Assembly: GCA_964016885.1 (NCBI GenBank)
Contig: CAXHJY010000204.1
Coordinates: 1 to 31,692 of the forward strand
Length of the DNA stretch: 31,692 nucleotides
From: Eledone cirrhosa
Lineage: Eukaryota
Reading direction: 5' to 3'
Both the position numbers and the translations under genes were made by a program. Of the stretch, positions 17,799 to 30,833 are shown piece after piece. Each line of letters opens with the position of its first letter. Positions within the stretch are counted from its first letter, which is position 1. The notes under the pieces are model-generated. The model saw only the letters and a program-made list of their open reading frames with translations, had not been told where the DNA came from and did not search any database.

Positions 17799-19213
17799 AT
17801 CATCATCATCATCATTTTACGTCCGCTTTTCCCTGCTTGCAAGGGTGGGACGAGTCTTATTCAGCACAGCATCTCTCCACTCGTCATGGTCCCTCGTCAT
17901 CTCCACCGTGAGCTTCAATGATCTGAGGTTTGTTCTCACCACCTCCGCCCATGTTTTTCGTGGTCTACCTCTACCACGTCTTCCTTCAACTGGTATTTCC
18001 TGGCACTTCTTCACCCATCGGTCATCCTCCATGTGCATCACATGTCCATACTACCTCAGTCTCCTCTCCCGTACACTACATTCTATCCCTCTCAGACACA
18101 GTTTCTCTCTCAACACATTTATTCTGGGTCGTTCACGCACATTTACACTGCACATTCAACGGAGCATGCTTGCCTCATTTCTCTCCAGCCGTCGCATATC
18201 CTCTGCGGTTGCTGCCCATGACCCTTTCTCTAATTAGTTGTGCTAAAATCCTTTCTGCCACTTTCATAACCTGATCTATCAGTTTTATACCCCTATAATT
18301 GCTCCTCTCCAAAGCATCCCCTTTACCTTTGTAGCAATTTATGAGAATACTGCTGCACCAGTCTTTGGGTATGACACCACCATATATAGCCTGATTGATG
18401 ATGCGTGCAACCAGTTTAGTGCCTACGTCCCCTGATGCCTTCAGCATCTCAGCAACTATTCCCGATGGTCTGGCCGCCTTACCATTTTTCATTTCCCTAA
18501 TCGCCTCTTGGACCCTATATTCGTCAATCTCAATAGCTGGTCCCTCTGTCGGATCTACCAAGGGTAATTTCTCTCCGGCATCATCCCGGACACATTTATC
18601 TCCAACAACATCCTGATTTGCATTGACACACTGCCTTGCAATGTGGAAGACCGCACGCCTCTGATCTTCCCGTCGCAGAACATTGGCAAACCTCCTACTC
18701 TCTGCCTCCCTGTGTGCTAAGTACACCTGACGTCTAGCTTCTCTCTTAGTGGCTGTATATTCTTCCCTACTCCCACCCTTTTTCCAAGCCTTCCATGCTA
18801 GTCTTTTGTCTCTAATAGCCTTATCTACTGTGCTGTTCCACCACCAGGTCACTCTCTGTCTGGTTGGAGCTCTGCTCCAGCCACAGGTTTCATCAGTAGC
18901 CTGCAGCAAGTTGTCACGTAAGAAATTCCAGTTATTATCTATGTCATAAATCTCTAAATCATCTTCTTTTTCGTCATATACATCTTGAAGGGCTTTCCTA
19001 AATTTGTATTTTAGTGAAAGGTCTTTTAGCTTCCAGACCTTTCTTCTCCACACCTTCCTATATGTCTCATTCCATCTCTTGCTTACTGAGATATCACTGA
19101 CAACTAACCTATGCTGTGGGGTACATTCTTCCCCAGGGTATGCCTTGGTATTAGACACTATCTGCCTGTCCCGCTGCCTAACTAGCAGGAAGTCAATCTG
19201 GCTTATGTTCTCA
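17799..19213 (-). mobile_element. RTE-clade LINE copy A, 5'-truncated with two internal deletions, (GAT)n tail
   Basis: SQIDFLLVR...WWWN...KAARPSGI...NYRGIKL joined directly to the C-terminal GRGRPRKTW region; lacks the segments equal to 19485-20448 and 20803-20889 of copy B; (CAT)n at 17799-17815. Confidence 0.92.
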
Positions 19214-19273
19214 ATATATATATATATATATAATCTATATATATATAATCTATCTATATATATATATATATAA

Positions 19274-19330
<57 letters not shown>

Positions 19331-19332
<2 letters not shown>

Positions 19333-21980
19333 CATCATCATCATCTTCATTTTACGTCCGCTTTTCCCTGCTTGCAAGGGTGGGACGGGTCTTATTCAGC
19401 ACAGCATCTCTCCACTCGTCCAACGGAGCATGCTTGCCTCATTTCTCTCCAGCCGTCGCATATTCTCTGCAGTTGCTGCCCATGTCTCACTACCATTCAG
19501 CATCGCGCTCCTCACACAGGCATCATACAACCAGCCTTTCGTACGCAGGGAGAAACCCTTCTTCGTCAGCAGAGGAAGCAGCTCCCTAAACTTCTTCCAA
19601 CCCGTCCTTATTCTAGATACTATGGCCTCGGAACACCCTCCTCCCATGCTAATCTGATCTCCTAGGTACTGGAAGCTATCCACCACTTCTATAGCGCCCT
19701 CTTGCATTTGTAAAATGTGTCTATCAGTGCGACTTCTACTGTCTAATTTCCCTGTACATCTACTGCATACATATGTCTCCCTACCTGTTAGTTTGCCTGC
19801 TATCCCGCTACATCTCTTGTGTACCCAGGATCTGCATTGTGTGCATTTTATAGAATTTATGCCAGTTCCTTTTCTCATATTGAACATGGCCATTTCCCTG
19901 ATCGAATCAGGGTTTTGTCCTCTTTTCTACTCATCAACACTTTTGTCTTAGCTAGATTCACTCTCAGTCCTCTTGCTTCCAACTGCTGTTTCCATAGCCA
20001 GAATTTATTCTCTAGCTCCTCTACTGATTCTGCTATAAGAACCAGATCGTCAGCATAGAGAAGTTCCCATGGACAGCCAGTCTTAAACTCCTCTGTTATG
20101 GCTTGGAGGACTATAATGAACAAGAGCGGGCTGAGGACCGAACCCTGATGTACTCCTACTTGTATCTGGAATTCCTCACTAAACTCCATTCCTACCCTGA
20201 CTTTACTGAGAGTACCTCTGTACAAAGTTTGCACTGTCCTCACAAGCCATTCCTCAACACTTAGCTTCCTTAGGGACCACCAGATGACAGATTGGGGTAC
20301 CCTATCAAAGGCCTTCTCTAGGTCAACAAAGGCTAAGTATAGTGGCTTATTCTTCTCTAAGAACCTCTCTTGCATTTGTCTCACCAAGAAGAGGGCATCT
20401 GTTGTACTCTTCCCAGGCACAAAACCAAACTGCATCTCATCTAGTTTGACCCTTTCTCTAATTAGTTGTGCTAAAATCCTTTCTGCCACTTTCATAACCT
20501 GATCTATCAGTTTTATACCCCTATAATTGCTCCTCTCCAAAGCATCCCCTTTAACTTTGTAGCAATTTATGAGAATACTGCTGCACCAGTCTTTGGGTAT
20601 GACACCACCATATATAGCCTGATTGATGATGCGTGCAACCAGTTTAGTGCCTACGTCCCCTGATGCCTTCAGCATCTCAGCAACTATTCCCGATGGTCTG
20701 GTAGCCTTACCATTTTTCATTTCCCTAATCGCCTCTTGGACCCTATATTCGTCAATCTCAATAGCTGGTCACTCTGTCGGATTCACCAAGGGTAATTTCT
20801 CTCTCTCCCATTTGTTCTCCACATTCATCAGTCTCTCATAATGACATTTCCAGGCCTCCTTTTTCTGATCATTCGTGACATTAAGTACACCGGCATCATC
20901 CCGGTTACATTTATCTCCAACAACATCCTGATTTGCATTGACACACTGCCTTGCAATGTGGAACACTGCACGCCTCTGATCTTCCTGTCGCAGAACATTG
21001 GCAAACCTCCTACTCTCTGCCTCCCTGCGTGCTAAGTACACCTGAGAGTCTGGCTTCTCTCTTAGTGGCTGTATATTCTTCCCTACTCCCACCCTTTTTC
21101 CAAGCCTTCCATGCTAGTTTTTTGTCTCTCATAGCCTTATCTACTGTGCTGTTCCACCACCAGGTCACTCTCTGTCTGGTTGGAGCTCTGCTCCAGCCAC
21201 AAGTTTCATCAGTAGCCTGCAGCAAGTTGTCACGTAAGAAATTCCAGTTATTATCTATGTCATAAATCTCTAAATCATCTTCTTTTTCGTCATATACATC
21301 TTGAAGGGCTTTCCTAAATTTGTATTTTAGTGAAAGGTCTGGAAGCTAAAAGACCTTTCTTCTCAACACCTTCCTATATGTCTCATTCCATCTCTTGCTT
21401 ACTGAGATATCACTAACAACTAACCTATGCTGTGGGGTACATTCTTCCCGAGGGTATGCCTTGGCATTAGACACTATCTGCCTGTCCCGCTGCCTAACTA
21501 GTAAGAAGTCAATCTGGCTTATGTGCTCACCAGATTTGTAGGTTATTAGGTGATTGGCAGGTTTCTGGAAGTTTGTGTTGCAAATAGTCAATGTACCTGC
21601 ATCACAAAATTCAAGAAGTCTCACTCCTTCTTCATTTCTTGAACAGTAACCGTGCCCACCATGTACTCCAGTGTAACCATCCTGGAGCTGTCCAACATGA
21701 CCATTGAAGTCTCCTGCTAGCATAACGATGTCTCCGTCCTCTGTCATGGCGGTTGTTTGCAAAAATTGCTCATAAAAGCAGTTTTTCTCATCTTTGCCTA
21801 GGCCTGCTTGGGGAGCATAGGCCGAGATGATTGTCAGTAGTCTCCTACCTACAACTAATCTAAGCTTAATTATTCGATTACTAACTCGAACTACTTCTAT
21901 TGTCTTATTGATCCATTTCTCAGCCAGGAAAATGCCTACTCCCCCTAACCCATCATCCTTACCTACCCAGAATAGCTTAT
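19331..21980 (-). mobile_element. RTE-clade LINE copy B, 5'-truncated and frameshifted (AP endonuclease, RT, Cys/His finger), (GAT)n tail
   Basis: APE motifs SAYAPQ, GDFNGHVG, SQIDF, QHRLV (21346-21980); RT motifs NYRGIKL, QFGF, FVDLEKAFD, QGSVLSPLLF, YADD (19875-20720); several frameshifts; 271-bp deletion at 19420/19421. Confidence 0.94.
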
Positions 21981-22013
21981 AGCTAAGACGTTTGACTACG
22001 ACTAGTCTCGCAG

Positions 22014-22233
22014 ATATGCAAATATTGTGGGTCAACATCCATTACAGCATTTAGTGTGGCAGTACACATTTAGAGATTACATTCATATTAAAAGATAAAA
22101 TCAAAATTACAGGTTAAAATACATGTATTTTAACCTGTATTTTTGATTTTATCTTTTAATATGAATGTAATCTCTAAATGTGTACTGCCACACTAAATGC
22201 TGTAATGAATGTTGACCCACAATATTTGCATAT
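22014..22233. repeat. 220-bp spacerless palindrome (110-bp arms)
   Basis: Centre ACATGT at 22121-22126; arms complementary with 2 mismatches seen. Confidence 0.93.
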
Positions 22234-22293
22234 GTATCTGTATGTCTCTTGGGTTGAAAAGGAGGTCATATAAGTGTTCATTCAATAATAAAT

Positions 22294-22340
22294 TGCTCCG
22301 AAGAATCCAAACCTTGGTTTGGAGGAAACAGTTGTCAGCA
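22294..22340 (+). ncRNA. Type I hammerhead-like motif with U4C core variant (possibly inactive)
   Basis: TGCT-CCGAAGA-A-TCCAAACC-TT-GGTTTGGA-G-GAA-ACAGTTGT-C-AGCA; GUC triplet; possible distal stem I TGTTCA (22275)/TGAACA (22352). Confidence 0.65.
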
Positions 22341-22468
22341 GAAAAATGTTTTGAACAGTTCTTTGATTCTTATAATTTATATAACTGCTCTGTAAATCAT
22401 CTGATGTTATTACATTGAGCTATTTAACTTACTGGTAATAAGGTAGTAATATATTACTGCCATCACTA

Positions 22469-23268
22469 ATGTATGTATATGTATGTATATATACATATGT
22501 ATATGTATGTATATGTATGTATATGTATGTATATGTATATATATATATATATGTATATGTATGTATATGTATATATATGTATGTATATGTATATGTATAT
22601 ATATACATATGTATATATATACATATGTATATATACATATGCATATGTATGTATATGTATATATATATATATATATATACATATGTATATGTATGTATAT
22701 GTATGTATATGTATGTATATGTATATATATATATATATGTATATGTATGTATATGTATGTATATGTATGTATATGTATATATATATATATACATATGTAT
22801 ATATATACATATGTATATATACATATGTATATGTATATATATACATACATATACATATATATATGTATATGTATGTATATATATATATACATACATATGT
22901 ATATGTATGTATATGTATATATATATATGTATATGTATGTATATGTATGTATATGTATGTATATGTATATATATATATATACATATGTATATATATACAT
23001 ATGTATATATACATATGTATATGTATATATATACATACATATACATATGTATATGTATGTATATGTATATATATATATATATACATATGTATATGTATGT
23101 ATATGTATATGTCTATGTATATATATATATATACATATGTATATGTATGTATATGTATATGTATATATATATATATACATATGTATATGTATGTATATGT
23201 ATATATATATACATATGTATATATATATATATGTATGTATATATATATATATATACATATGTATATAT
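22469..23268. repeat. (TA)n/(TATG)n microsatellite with CATATG interruptions
   Basis: Read directly. Confidence 0.95.
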
Positions 23269-23276
23269 TAAGTGAA

Positions 23277-23392
23277 GGCGTGTGGCTGAGTGGTTAGAGA
23301 ATTGGATTCGCAATCGTAAGGTTGTGAGTTCGATTCCTGGACCAGGCGATGCGTTATGTCCTTGAGCAAGACACTTTATTTCACGTTGCTCC
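23277..23392 (+). mobile_element. tRNA-derived SINE, 5' part (Pol III A/B boxes plus CORE-like motif)
   Basis: A box TGGCTGAGTGG 23283-23293, B box GTTCGATTCC 23328-23337, then TGTCCTTGAGCAAGACACTTTA, which resembles the conserved central SINE motif; no RTE-type tail follows. Confidence 0.82.
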
Positions 23393-23490
23393 TTCTACCT
23401 GGAGTTGCGACCGATAGATAGTATTAGCAATTGGAAAGACCAACGGAAACATTGTTCCCTCGGTCCGATTTGACGAAAGTCGATCGTTCC

Positions 23491-23498
23491 TACATATG

Positions 23499-23533
<35 letters not shown>

Positions 23534-23540
23534 GTGTATG

Positions 23541-23571
<31 letters not shown>

Positions 23572-23582
23572 GTATATGTATG

Positions 23583-23613
<31 letters not shown>

Positions 23614-23790
23614 GTATGTATATATATATATGTATATGTATGTATATATATATATGTATATGTATGTATATATATATATGTATATGTATGTATATATATA
23701 TATACATATGTATATGTTTGTATATGTGTATATATATATATATATGTATATGTATGTATATATATATATATATATACATATGTATATGTA

Positions 23791-23823
<33 letters not shown>

Positions 23824-23867
23824 GTATATGTATGTATGTGTATATATATATGTATATGTATGTGTAT

Positions 23868-23900
<33 letters not shown>

Positions 23901-24526
23901 CATATGTATATGTATGTATATATATATATATATATATACATATGTATATGTATGTATATGTGTATATATATGTATATGTATGTATATGTGTATATATATA
24001 TATATATGTATATGTATGTATGTGTGTATATGTATGTGTATATATATATATATATACATGTATATGTATGTATATGTGTATATATATGTATGTATATGTA
24101 TGTATATGTGTATATATATATATGTATATGTGTATATATATATATGTATATGTATGTATATGTGTATATATATATATGTATATGTATGTATGTGTATATA
24201 TGTATATATGTATATATATATATATGTATATGTATGTATGTGTATATATGTATATGTATGTATATATATATATACATGTATATGTAAGTATATGTGTATA
24301 TATATATATGTATATGTATGTATATGTGTATATATATATATATGTATATGTATGTATGTGTATATATGTATATGTATGTATGTATATATATATATATATA
24401 TATATATAAATATATACATATGTATATGTATGTATATGTATGTATATATATATATATATATATACATATGTATATGTATGTATATGTATGTATATATATA
24501 TATATATACATATGTATATGTATATG

Positions 24527-24563
<37 letters not shown>

Positions 24564-24610
24564 GTATATGTATGTATATATATATATATATATGTATATG
24601 TATGTGTATG

Positions 24611-24680
<70 letters not shown>
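23491..24680. repeat. (TA)n/(TATG)n microsatellite
   Basis: Same interruption style as 22469-23268. Confidence 0.95.
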
Positions 24681-24858
24681 GAGATAGATAAATATACACG
24701 GGTGTGTATGATTGTGTATAGAAGATTATATTAATAAAAGGAATTCTAACTTTGTCTGATTTACTCGTTTTATTTACAATCCTTTAAAATTTATAATGGT
24801 ATTAGAATGAAATAGTATTACCATACTATTTCATTAATATTAAATGTTAAGGGTTAAT

Positions 24859-24897
24859 TGAACAAGTACTTTCATGCTTTCGCAATCTTCAGGTTCA
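24859..24897 (-). ncRNA. Minimal type I hammerhead ribozyme in a solo non-coding island of about 250 bp
   Basis: Minus strand: TGAAC-CTGAAGA-T-TGC-GAAA-GCA-T-GAA-AGTACT-T-GTTCA; 5-bp stem I, GAAA-capped stem II, palindromic stem III, CUU triplet. Confidence 0.78.
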
Positions 24898-24938
24898 TAA
24901 TGTGTGGCGACAGTCATGTTTGCAATTTCGAACTGTTG

Positions 24939-24958
24939 TATATATATATATATATATA

Positions 24959-24999
<41 letters not shown>

Positions 25000-25227
25000 G
25001 CATATATATATATATATCTGTATATATATATATATCTGTATATATATATTGTTATACTTGGGGAGGATATATAAATACATATGTATATATAAATACATAT
25101 ATATATATATAAATACATATATATATATATATATATAAATACACATATATATATATATAAATACATATATATATATATATAAATACATATATATATATAT
25201 ATAAATACATATATATATATAAAATAC

Positions 25228-25262
<35 letters not shown>

Positions 25263-25279
25263 CATATATATATATATAA

Positions 25280-25320
<41 letters not shown>

Positions 25321-25716
25321 CATATATATATATATATAAATACATATATATATATATATAAATACATATATATATAAATACATATATATATATATATATA
25401 AATACATATATATATATATATATATAAATACATATATATATAAATACATATATATATATATATATATATATAAATACATATATATATATATATATATATT
25501 AATACATATATATATATATAAATACATATATATATATATATAAATACATATATATATATATATATATATAAATACATACATATATATATATATATATAAA
25601 TACATATATATATATATATATTAATACATATATATATATATATATATATAAATACATATATATATATATATATTAATACATATATATATATAAATACATA
25701 TATATATATAAATACA

Positions 25717-25748
<32 letters not shown>

Positions 25749-25756
25749 AATACATA

Positions 25757-25796
<40 letters not shown>

Positions 25797-25809
25797 AATA
25801 TATATATAA

Positions 25810-25876
<67 letters not shown>

Positions 25877-25885
25877 AATACATAT
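24939..25885. repeat. Interrupted (TA)n microsatellite (TCTG, then TAAATACA interruptions)
   Basis: Read directly; a unique islet of about 17 nt at 25050-25066 separates the two styles. Confidence 0.95.
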
Positions 25886-25997
25886 CATATACATTCTATC
25901 ATACAAGGGGTCAAATTCAAGAGAAATTTTAAAGGCCAGGAATATCTGAAAGGCATTAAAGGATAACATTGAGAGCTTAGAGAAAACTGAGAAGATC

Positions 25998-27872
25998 TTG
26001 GTGAAATCTGACAAGACCAACAACCTCTATGGAGTGCGGAAAGACATGTATAATGGCCTCATACTGAAAGAGCTGAGGAAAAAATACAAGGTAGCAGATA
26101 AGGCCGAACTTGAGAAAATGAATGTTGAAGCATCTTGTATAATGCATGAGTTGGAAATTGAGAACAGAACACAACCTTTCGTGCCCAGGAAACCGAAGAT
26201 CAATATGAAGGACCACAAGAGGAATTTTGAAAATGACCTGCCAGTTAGATTGATCGCACCTTCAAAATCGGACCTGGGCAAATTAAGCAAAAACATTCTT
26301 GACAGGGTGATACTGCAAATTAAGAACTTGGATTGTGTATCTAACCTGAGCTTGTGGAAGGGAACTGGAGAGGTTGTTGAGTGGTTTAGGCAAATTAAAT
26401 ATGACGATAATAATAGGTTTATTCAACTTGATATAGCTAACTATTATTCTTCTATTACCCCTAGTCTACTAAATAAGGCACTAAATTACGCATTCAAACA
26501 TACGGACCTAACTAGCAAAGAAATGCATATTATATTATCGGCTAGGAAAACTTTGATAGAATTTAATGACAAATTATGGACCAGAGCAGATAGAGATAGC
26601 AATTTTGACATAACTATGGGATCTTCCGACTCAGCTCAGGTAACTGACCTTGTGGGCTTATTTTTAATCAATTCGCTACATAGGAAAATACCCGGTACTA
26701 CCGGAGGTTTATATAGGGATGACATGCTTTTACTTATTAATAATAATAACCCTGAACTAAATAGAAAATGTAAACAAATTACAAAATTTTTTAATTACTT
26801 TAACCTTAAAATAGAAATTGAGAACAACCATAGAATAGTCAATTTCCTAGATATAACATTAAATCTCAACACATGTCTCCACTATCCTTTTCACAAGTTG
26901 AATGAAAACTTAAACTATGTCAACTTTAACTCTAACCACCCCAGATCTGTCAAAAACACTATAGTAAACTCAGTCCAAAAACGTATCTCTAGGATCTCGT
27001 CGAATAGAAAGATTTTTGACGAAAAGGCCCAATACTATAATGATGCACTAGCTAGGGCAGGGTATGCTGATAAGATTGTGTACATAGATAATGATAGACA
27101 AACTAAACAAAGTAACAACTTTTTTAATTACGGCAACAACATTAACAACTATAATAGAAAGCATTACAATAATTCCAAAGGACAAAAAAGAAATAGAACT
27201 AGGAACATAATTTGGTTTGCCCCCCCTTTCTCACTAAACATTAAAACCCACATCGCTAAATTATTTTTCAAAGCTCTTGATAATCGCTTCCCTAGAACAC
27301 ATAGGTATCACTCAATCTTCAATAGGCATACAATTAAATTAACCTACTCATCCACCAAAAATTTAGCACAAAATATTAATAGAATAAATAATAGGAACTT
27401 AAAACCTACTGATAATAGCATAAATAATATACAAGTTAACAAATGTAACTGTAGAGATAGATCTAAATGTCCGTTAAATAACAACTGCTTAGTTAAAAAT
27501 ATAGTATACAATTGTAATGTTAATACTGACTCTAATTCTTTTAACTACGTCGGTTCCACATCGACGGAATTTAAACTTCGCTATAATAACCACAAGAATT
27601 CTTTCACAGATCCAAATAAAAAATCTTCAACGGCACTATCAGGGGTACTCTGGCAACTTAAGCTAGATAACGTTAGATATTCGACGGCTTGGAATATAGT
27701 CTCAAGAGGGATTCCTTTTAATTCATCCTCTGAGACATGTGACCTCTGCGCAGAGGAGATATTCTTTATACTAAAATCTAAAAATTCCCTTAACCTACGG
27801 ACAAATTTATTCAGTTGTTGCAAGCATAGATTAAACTCAACGTTTAAATATAAATTTAAATTTAAAATGTAG
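25998..27872 (+). CDS. Penelope-like retroelement RT + GIY-YIG endonuclease (624-aa open frame; true N-terminus missing)
   Basis: [55 protein letters not shown]...NIVYNC...NYVGST...[15 protein letters not shown]; uninterrupted; aligns by eye along the length of PLE1. Confidence 0.93.
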   Translation: MVKSDKTNNLYGVRKDMYNGLILKELRKKYKVADKAELEKMNVEASCIMHELEIENRTQPFVPRKPKINMKDHKRNFENDLPVRLIAPSKSDLGKLSKNILDRVILQIKNLDCVSNLSLWKGTGEVVEWFRQIKYDDNNRFIQLDIANYYSSITPSLLNKALNYAFKHTDLTSKEMHIILSARKTLIEFNDKLWTRADRDSNFDITMGSSDSAQVTDLVGLFLINSLHRKIPGTTGGLYRDDMLLLINNNNPELNRKCKQITKFFNYFNLKIEIENNHRIVNFLDITLNLNTCLHYPFHKLNENLNYVNFNSNHPRSVKNTIVNSVQKRISRISSNRKIFDEKAQYYNDALARAGYADKIVYIDNDRQTKQSNNFFNYGNNINNYNRKHYNNSKGQKRNRTRNIIWFAPPFSLNIKTHIAKLFFKALDNRFPRTHRYHSIFNRHTIKLTYSSTKNLAQNINRINNRNLKPTDNSINNIQVNKCNCRDRSKCPLNNNCLVKNIVYNCNVNTDSNSFNYVGSTSTEFKLRYNNHKNSFTDPNKKSSTALSGVLWQLKLDNVRYSTAWNIVSRGIPFNSSSETCDLCAEEIFFILKSKNSLNLRTNLFSCCKHRLNSTFKYKFKFKM

Positions 27873-29298
27873 TATATTTAGTTTGATTTATATTTATATG
27901 AGAACTAGCCGATAAATCTTTTGATTCCTAAATCTTTGATTCCCTCTTTTTACTCTTTTTATTGTTTAATTTATTTTATTTATTTTTATTTTTATCTAAA
28001 CATTCCTCATGAAAAATTAAGCTACCCTAAAAGCCGATGCTCCAAATTTTTTGAATTAACCTTACACTAGATAAACTTCTATATTAAATATAGGAACATA
28101 TGTAGACATTATTGGACATCATAATCTTTTTTGCGATATTCTTTGCTAGATGTGATTTGATAGATAATTTTTGGCTTTGTCTTGTAATGAACTTGGCAAT
28201 ATATTGTCAATTAACTTTGAAGGGTTGTTCTTTGTGGTTTATTTTCATTTTTATTTTTATTTTTATTTTTATCTTTATTCTTTTAGTATTGTAGTATTCT
28301 ATAATATTTTTATTTTTATTTTATTTTTAATATTTTTATATGTAAATTTTTAATACGTAATATTTTTTAATACGTATTTTTAATATGCAATATTTTTATT
28401 ATGTAATATTCTTTCGTAATATCTTTTTAGTTTTCTATTTTATATTTTTATATATTTTTACTTATTATTATTATTATTATTGTTATCTTTGTTTATAATA
28501 TAATATATATTTTCGATTAGTATATTGAAATCTGCTCTCTATTTCTGCTTGATAGATAATCTTGTAGAGTAATCGCAAGAATAATAATATGCTCAAATTT
28601 TTATACCACATTGAGAATGTTTTCCGGTAACTTAGAATTTGCGGAGTGAATCAGTTGGATTCACATTGATGTTTGTAGCTGTCACATAAACATATGAATT
28701 TTTTAAAACTAAACATAAGATAATGAATTTTCACACATTGTGAATACTTGTTTCATTCAGGAATACTGATATTTACAGTATAGTGTAAGTTTTATAAATA
28801 CTAATACATTAAAACATAGGGTTTTCTACGCCTCGAATATGTCTGGCTATTTTTAAATTTTTTCTCTCTCTATATCTCTCTATATCTCTCCCTTACATTA
28901 ATACTTGAGCTAAATAAATAAATAAATAAATAAATAAATGTATCATTGATACACTTACTCAAAATGACCTCCCACTACCTAATTTTCTCTATATATATAT
29001 GTATCTATCTCTATTTCCTCTCTCTCTATATATATATATCTCTTTCTGTCTCTTTACATGAAGCTCTTCGCTTTATCTATTTTTCCATCTCTCTATTTTG
29101 TTCCATGCATTTCTTCTTTTTCTTTTTTCTTCTTTTTCTTTTTCTTCCTTCTCTTCGTTCTGTCTTTCTTTCTTTCTTTTTTCCCTCTTTTCTTTCTCTC
29201 TTTCTTTCTCTCTGTATTTTCACTGCTAGCGTAAACCTCTCCAAATGAAGTTGATGTTTATTACGGTATGTCGAATATATTTATCTATAAAACTGTTT

Positions 29299-29375
29299 AT
29301 ATTGTATTTTGTCTGATGAAGGCATAGCATATTGTTAATATGATATCCCCGAAATATATATAATGAAATAAATAT
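29299..29375 (+). ncRNA. Type I hammerhead ribozyme at the 3' end of PLE2
   Basis: ATATTGTATTTTGT-CTGATGA (29313-29319)-imperfect stem II (CATATT-GTT-AATATG core)-GAA-ATATATAT-A (29362)-ATGAAATAAATAT; further pairing TATAAAAC (29286)/GTTTTATA (29377). Confidence 0.75.
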
Positions 29376-29419
29376 GGTTTTATAATTATAGTTTTCCATT
29401 TATTTAATATTGTATAAAT

Positions 29420-29427
29420 ACATATAT

Positions 29428-29459
<32 letters not shown>

Positions 29460-29468
29460 AATACATAA

Positions 29469-29503
<35 letters not shown>

Positions 29504-29560
29504 AATACATATTATATATATAAATATATATATATAATATATATATAAATACAAATATAT

Positions 29561-29591
<31 letters not shown>

Positions 29592-29770
29592 ATAAATATA
29601 TATATATATATATAAATATATAAATACATATATATAAATATATATATATATTATATATATATATATATATAAATAAATACATATATATATATATAAATAC
29701 ATATATATATATATATATATAAAATATATATATATATATATAAATACATATTATATATAATATATATATA

Positions 29771-29812
<42 letters not shown>

Positions 29813-29890
29813 AATATATATATATATATAATATATAAATACATATATATAATATAAATACATATATATATATATATATAAATATATATA

Positions 29891-29939
<49 letters not shown>

Positions 29940-30065
29940 ATACATATATATATATATATATATAAATATATATAATATATATAAATATATATATATATAA
30001 ATACATATATATATATAATATAAATATATATATATATATAAATACATATATATATATATATAAAT

Positions 30066-30098
<33 letters not shown>

Positions 30099-30126
30099 AA
30101 TACATATATATATATATATAAAATAT

Positions 30127-30163
<37 letters not shown>

Positions 30164-30286
30164 ATAAATACAATATATATATATATATAAATATATATAT
30201 AATATATATATATATAATATAAATACATATATATATATATATATATATATAAATATATTATATATATAAATATATATAATATAAAT

Positions 30287-30319
<33 letters not shown>

Positions 30320-30529
30320 AATACATATATATATATATATATATATATAAATATATATTATATATATATATTATATATATATATAAATAAATAATATATA
30401 TATATAAATATAATATATATATATATATAAATATATATAAATATAATATATATATATATAAATATATATATATATAATATAAATATATATATATATAATA
30501 TATAATATATATATATAATAAATATATAT

Positions 30530-30563
<34 letters not shown>

Positions 30564-30794
30564 TATAAATTTATATATATATAAAATAAATATATATATA
30601 ATATAAAATATATATATAATATATATAAATATATATATATAAAAATTAATATATATATATATAAAAAAAATAATATATATATATATAAATAATATAATAT
30701 ATAAATATTATAAAATATAATATATATATATAAATACATATATATATAATATATAATACTATAAATATATATAATATATAAATATATATATATT

Positions 30795-30833
<39 letters not shown>

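Larger units (their letters stand above)
25890..29420 (+). mobile_element. 5'-truncated Penelope-like element 2 (ORF, about 1.5-kb 3' region and 3' hammerhead)
   Basis: Unique sequence bounded on both sides by the same TAAATACA-type (TA)n tract; ORF plus same-sense HHR close to the 3' boundary. Confidence 0.75.

Noticed and set aside
18175-19377. 400-aa ORF as an intact gene
   Set aside because: Chance read-through from the tail of RTE copy B across (TA)n into deleted copy A; the RT core is missing
19004-21265. Short plus-strand ORFs over the RTE copies (and similar antisense ORFs over the PLEs)
   Set aside because: Antisense shadows of the retroelement frames, with no independent motifs
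23277-23348. Functional tRNA gene
   Set aside because: A and B boxes are present, but acceptor-stem pairing is poor and a SINE core-like motif follows
28100-29250. F/I/L-rich ORFs resembling membrane proteins
   Set aside because: They arise from T-rich and (CT)n low-complexity sequence in the PLE2 3' region
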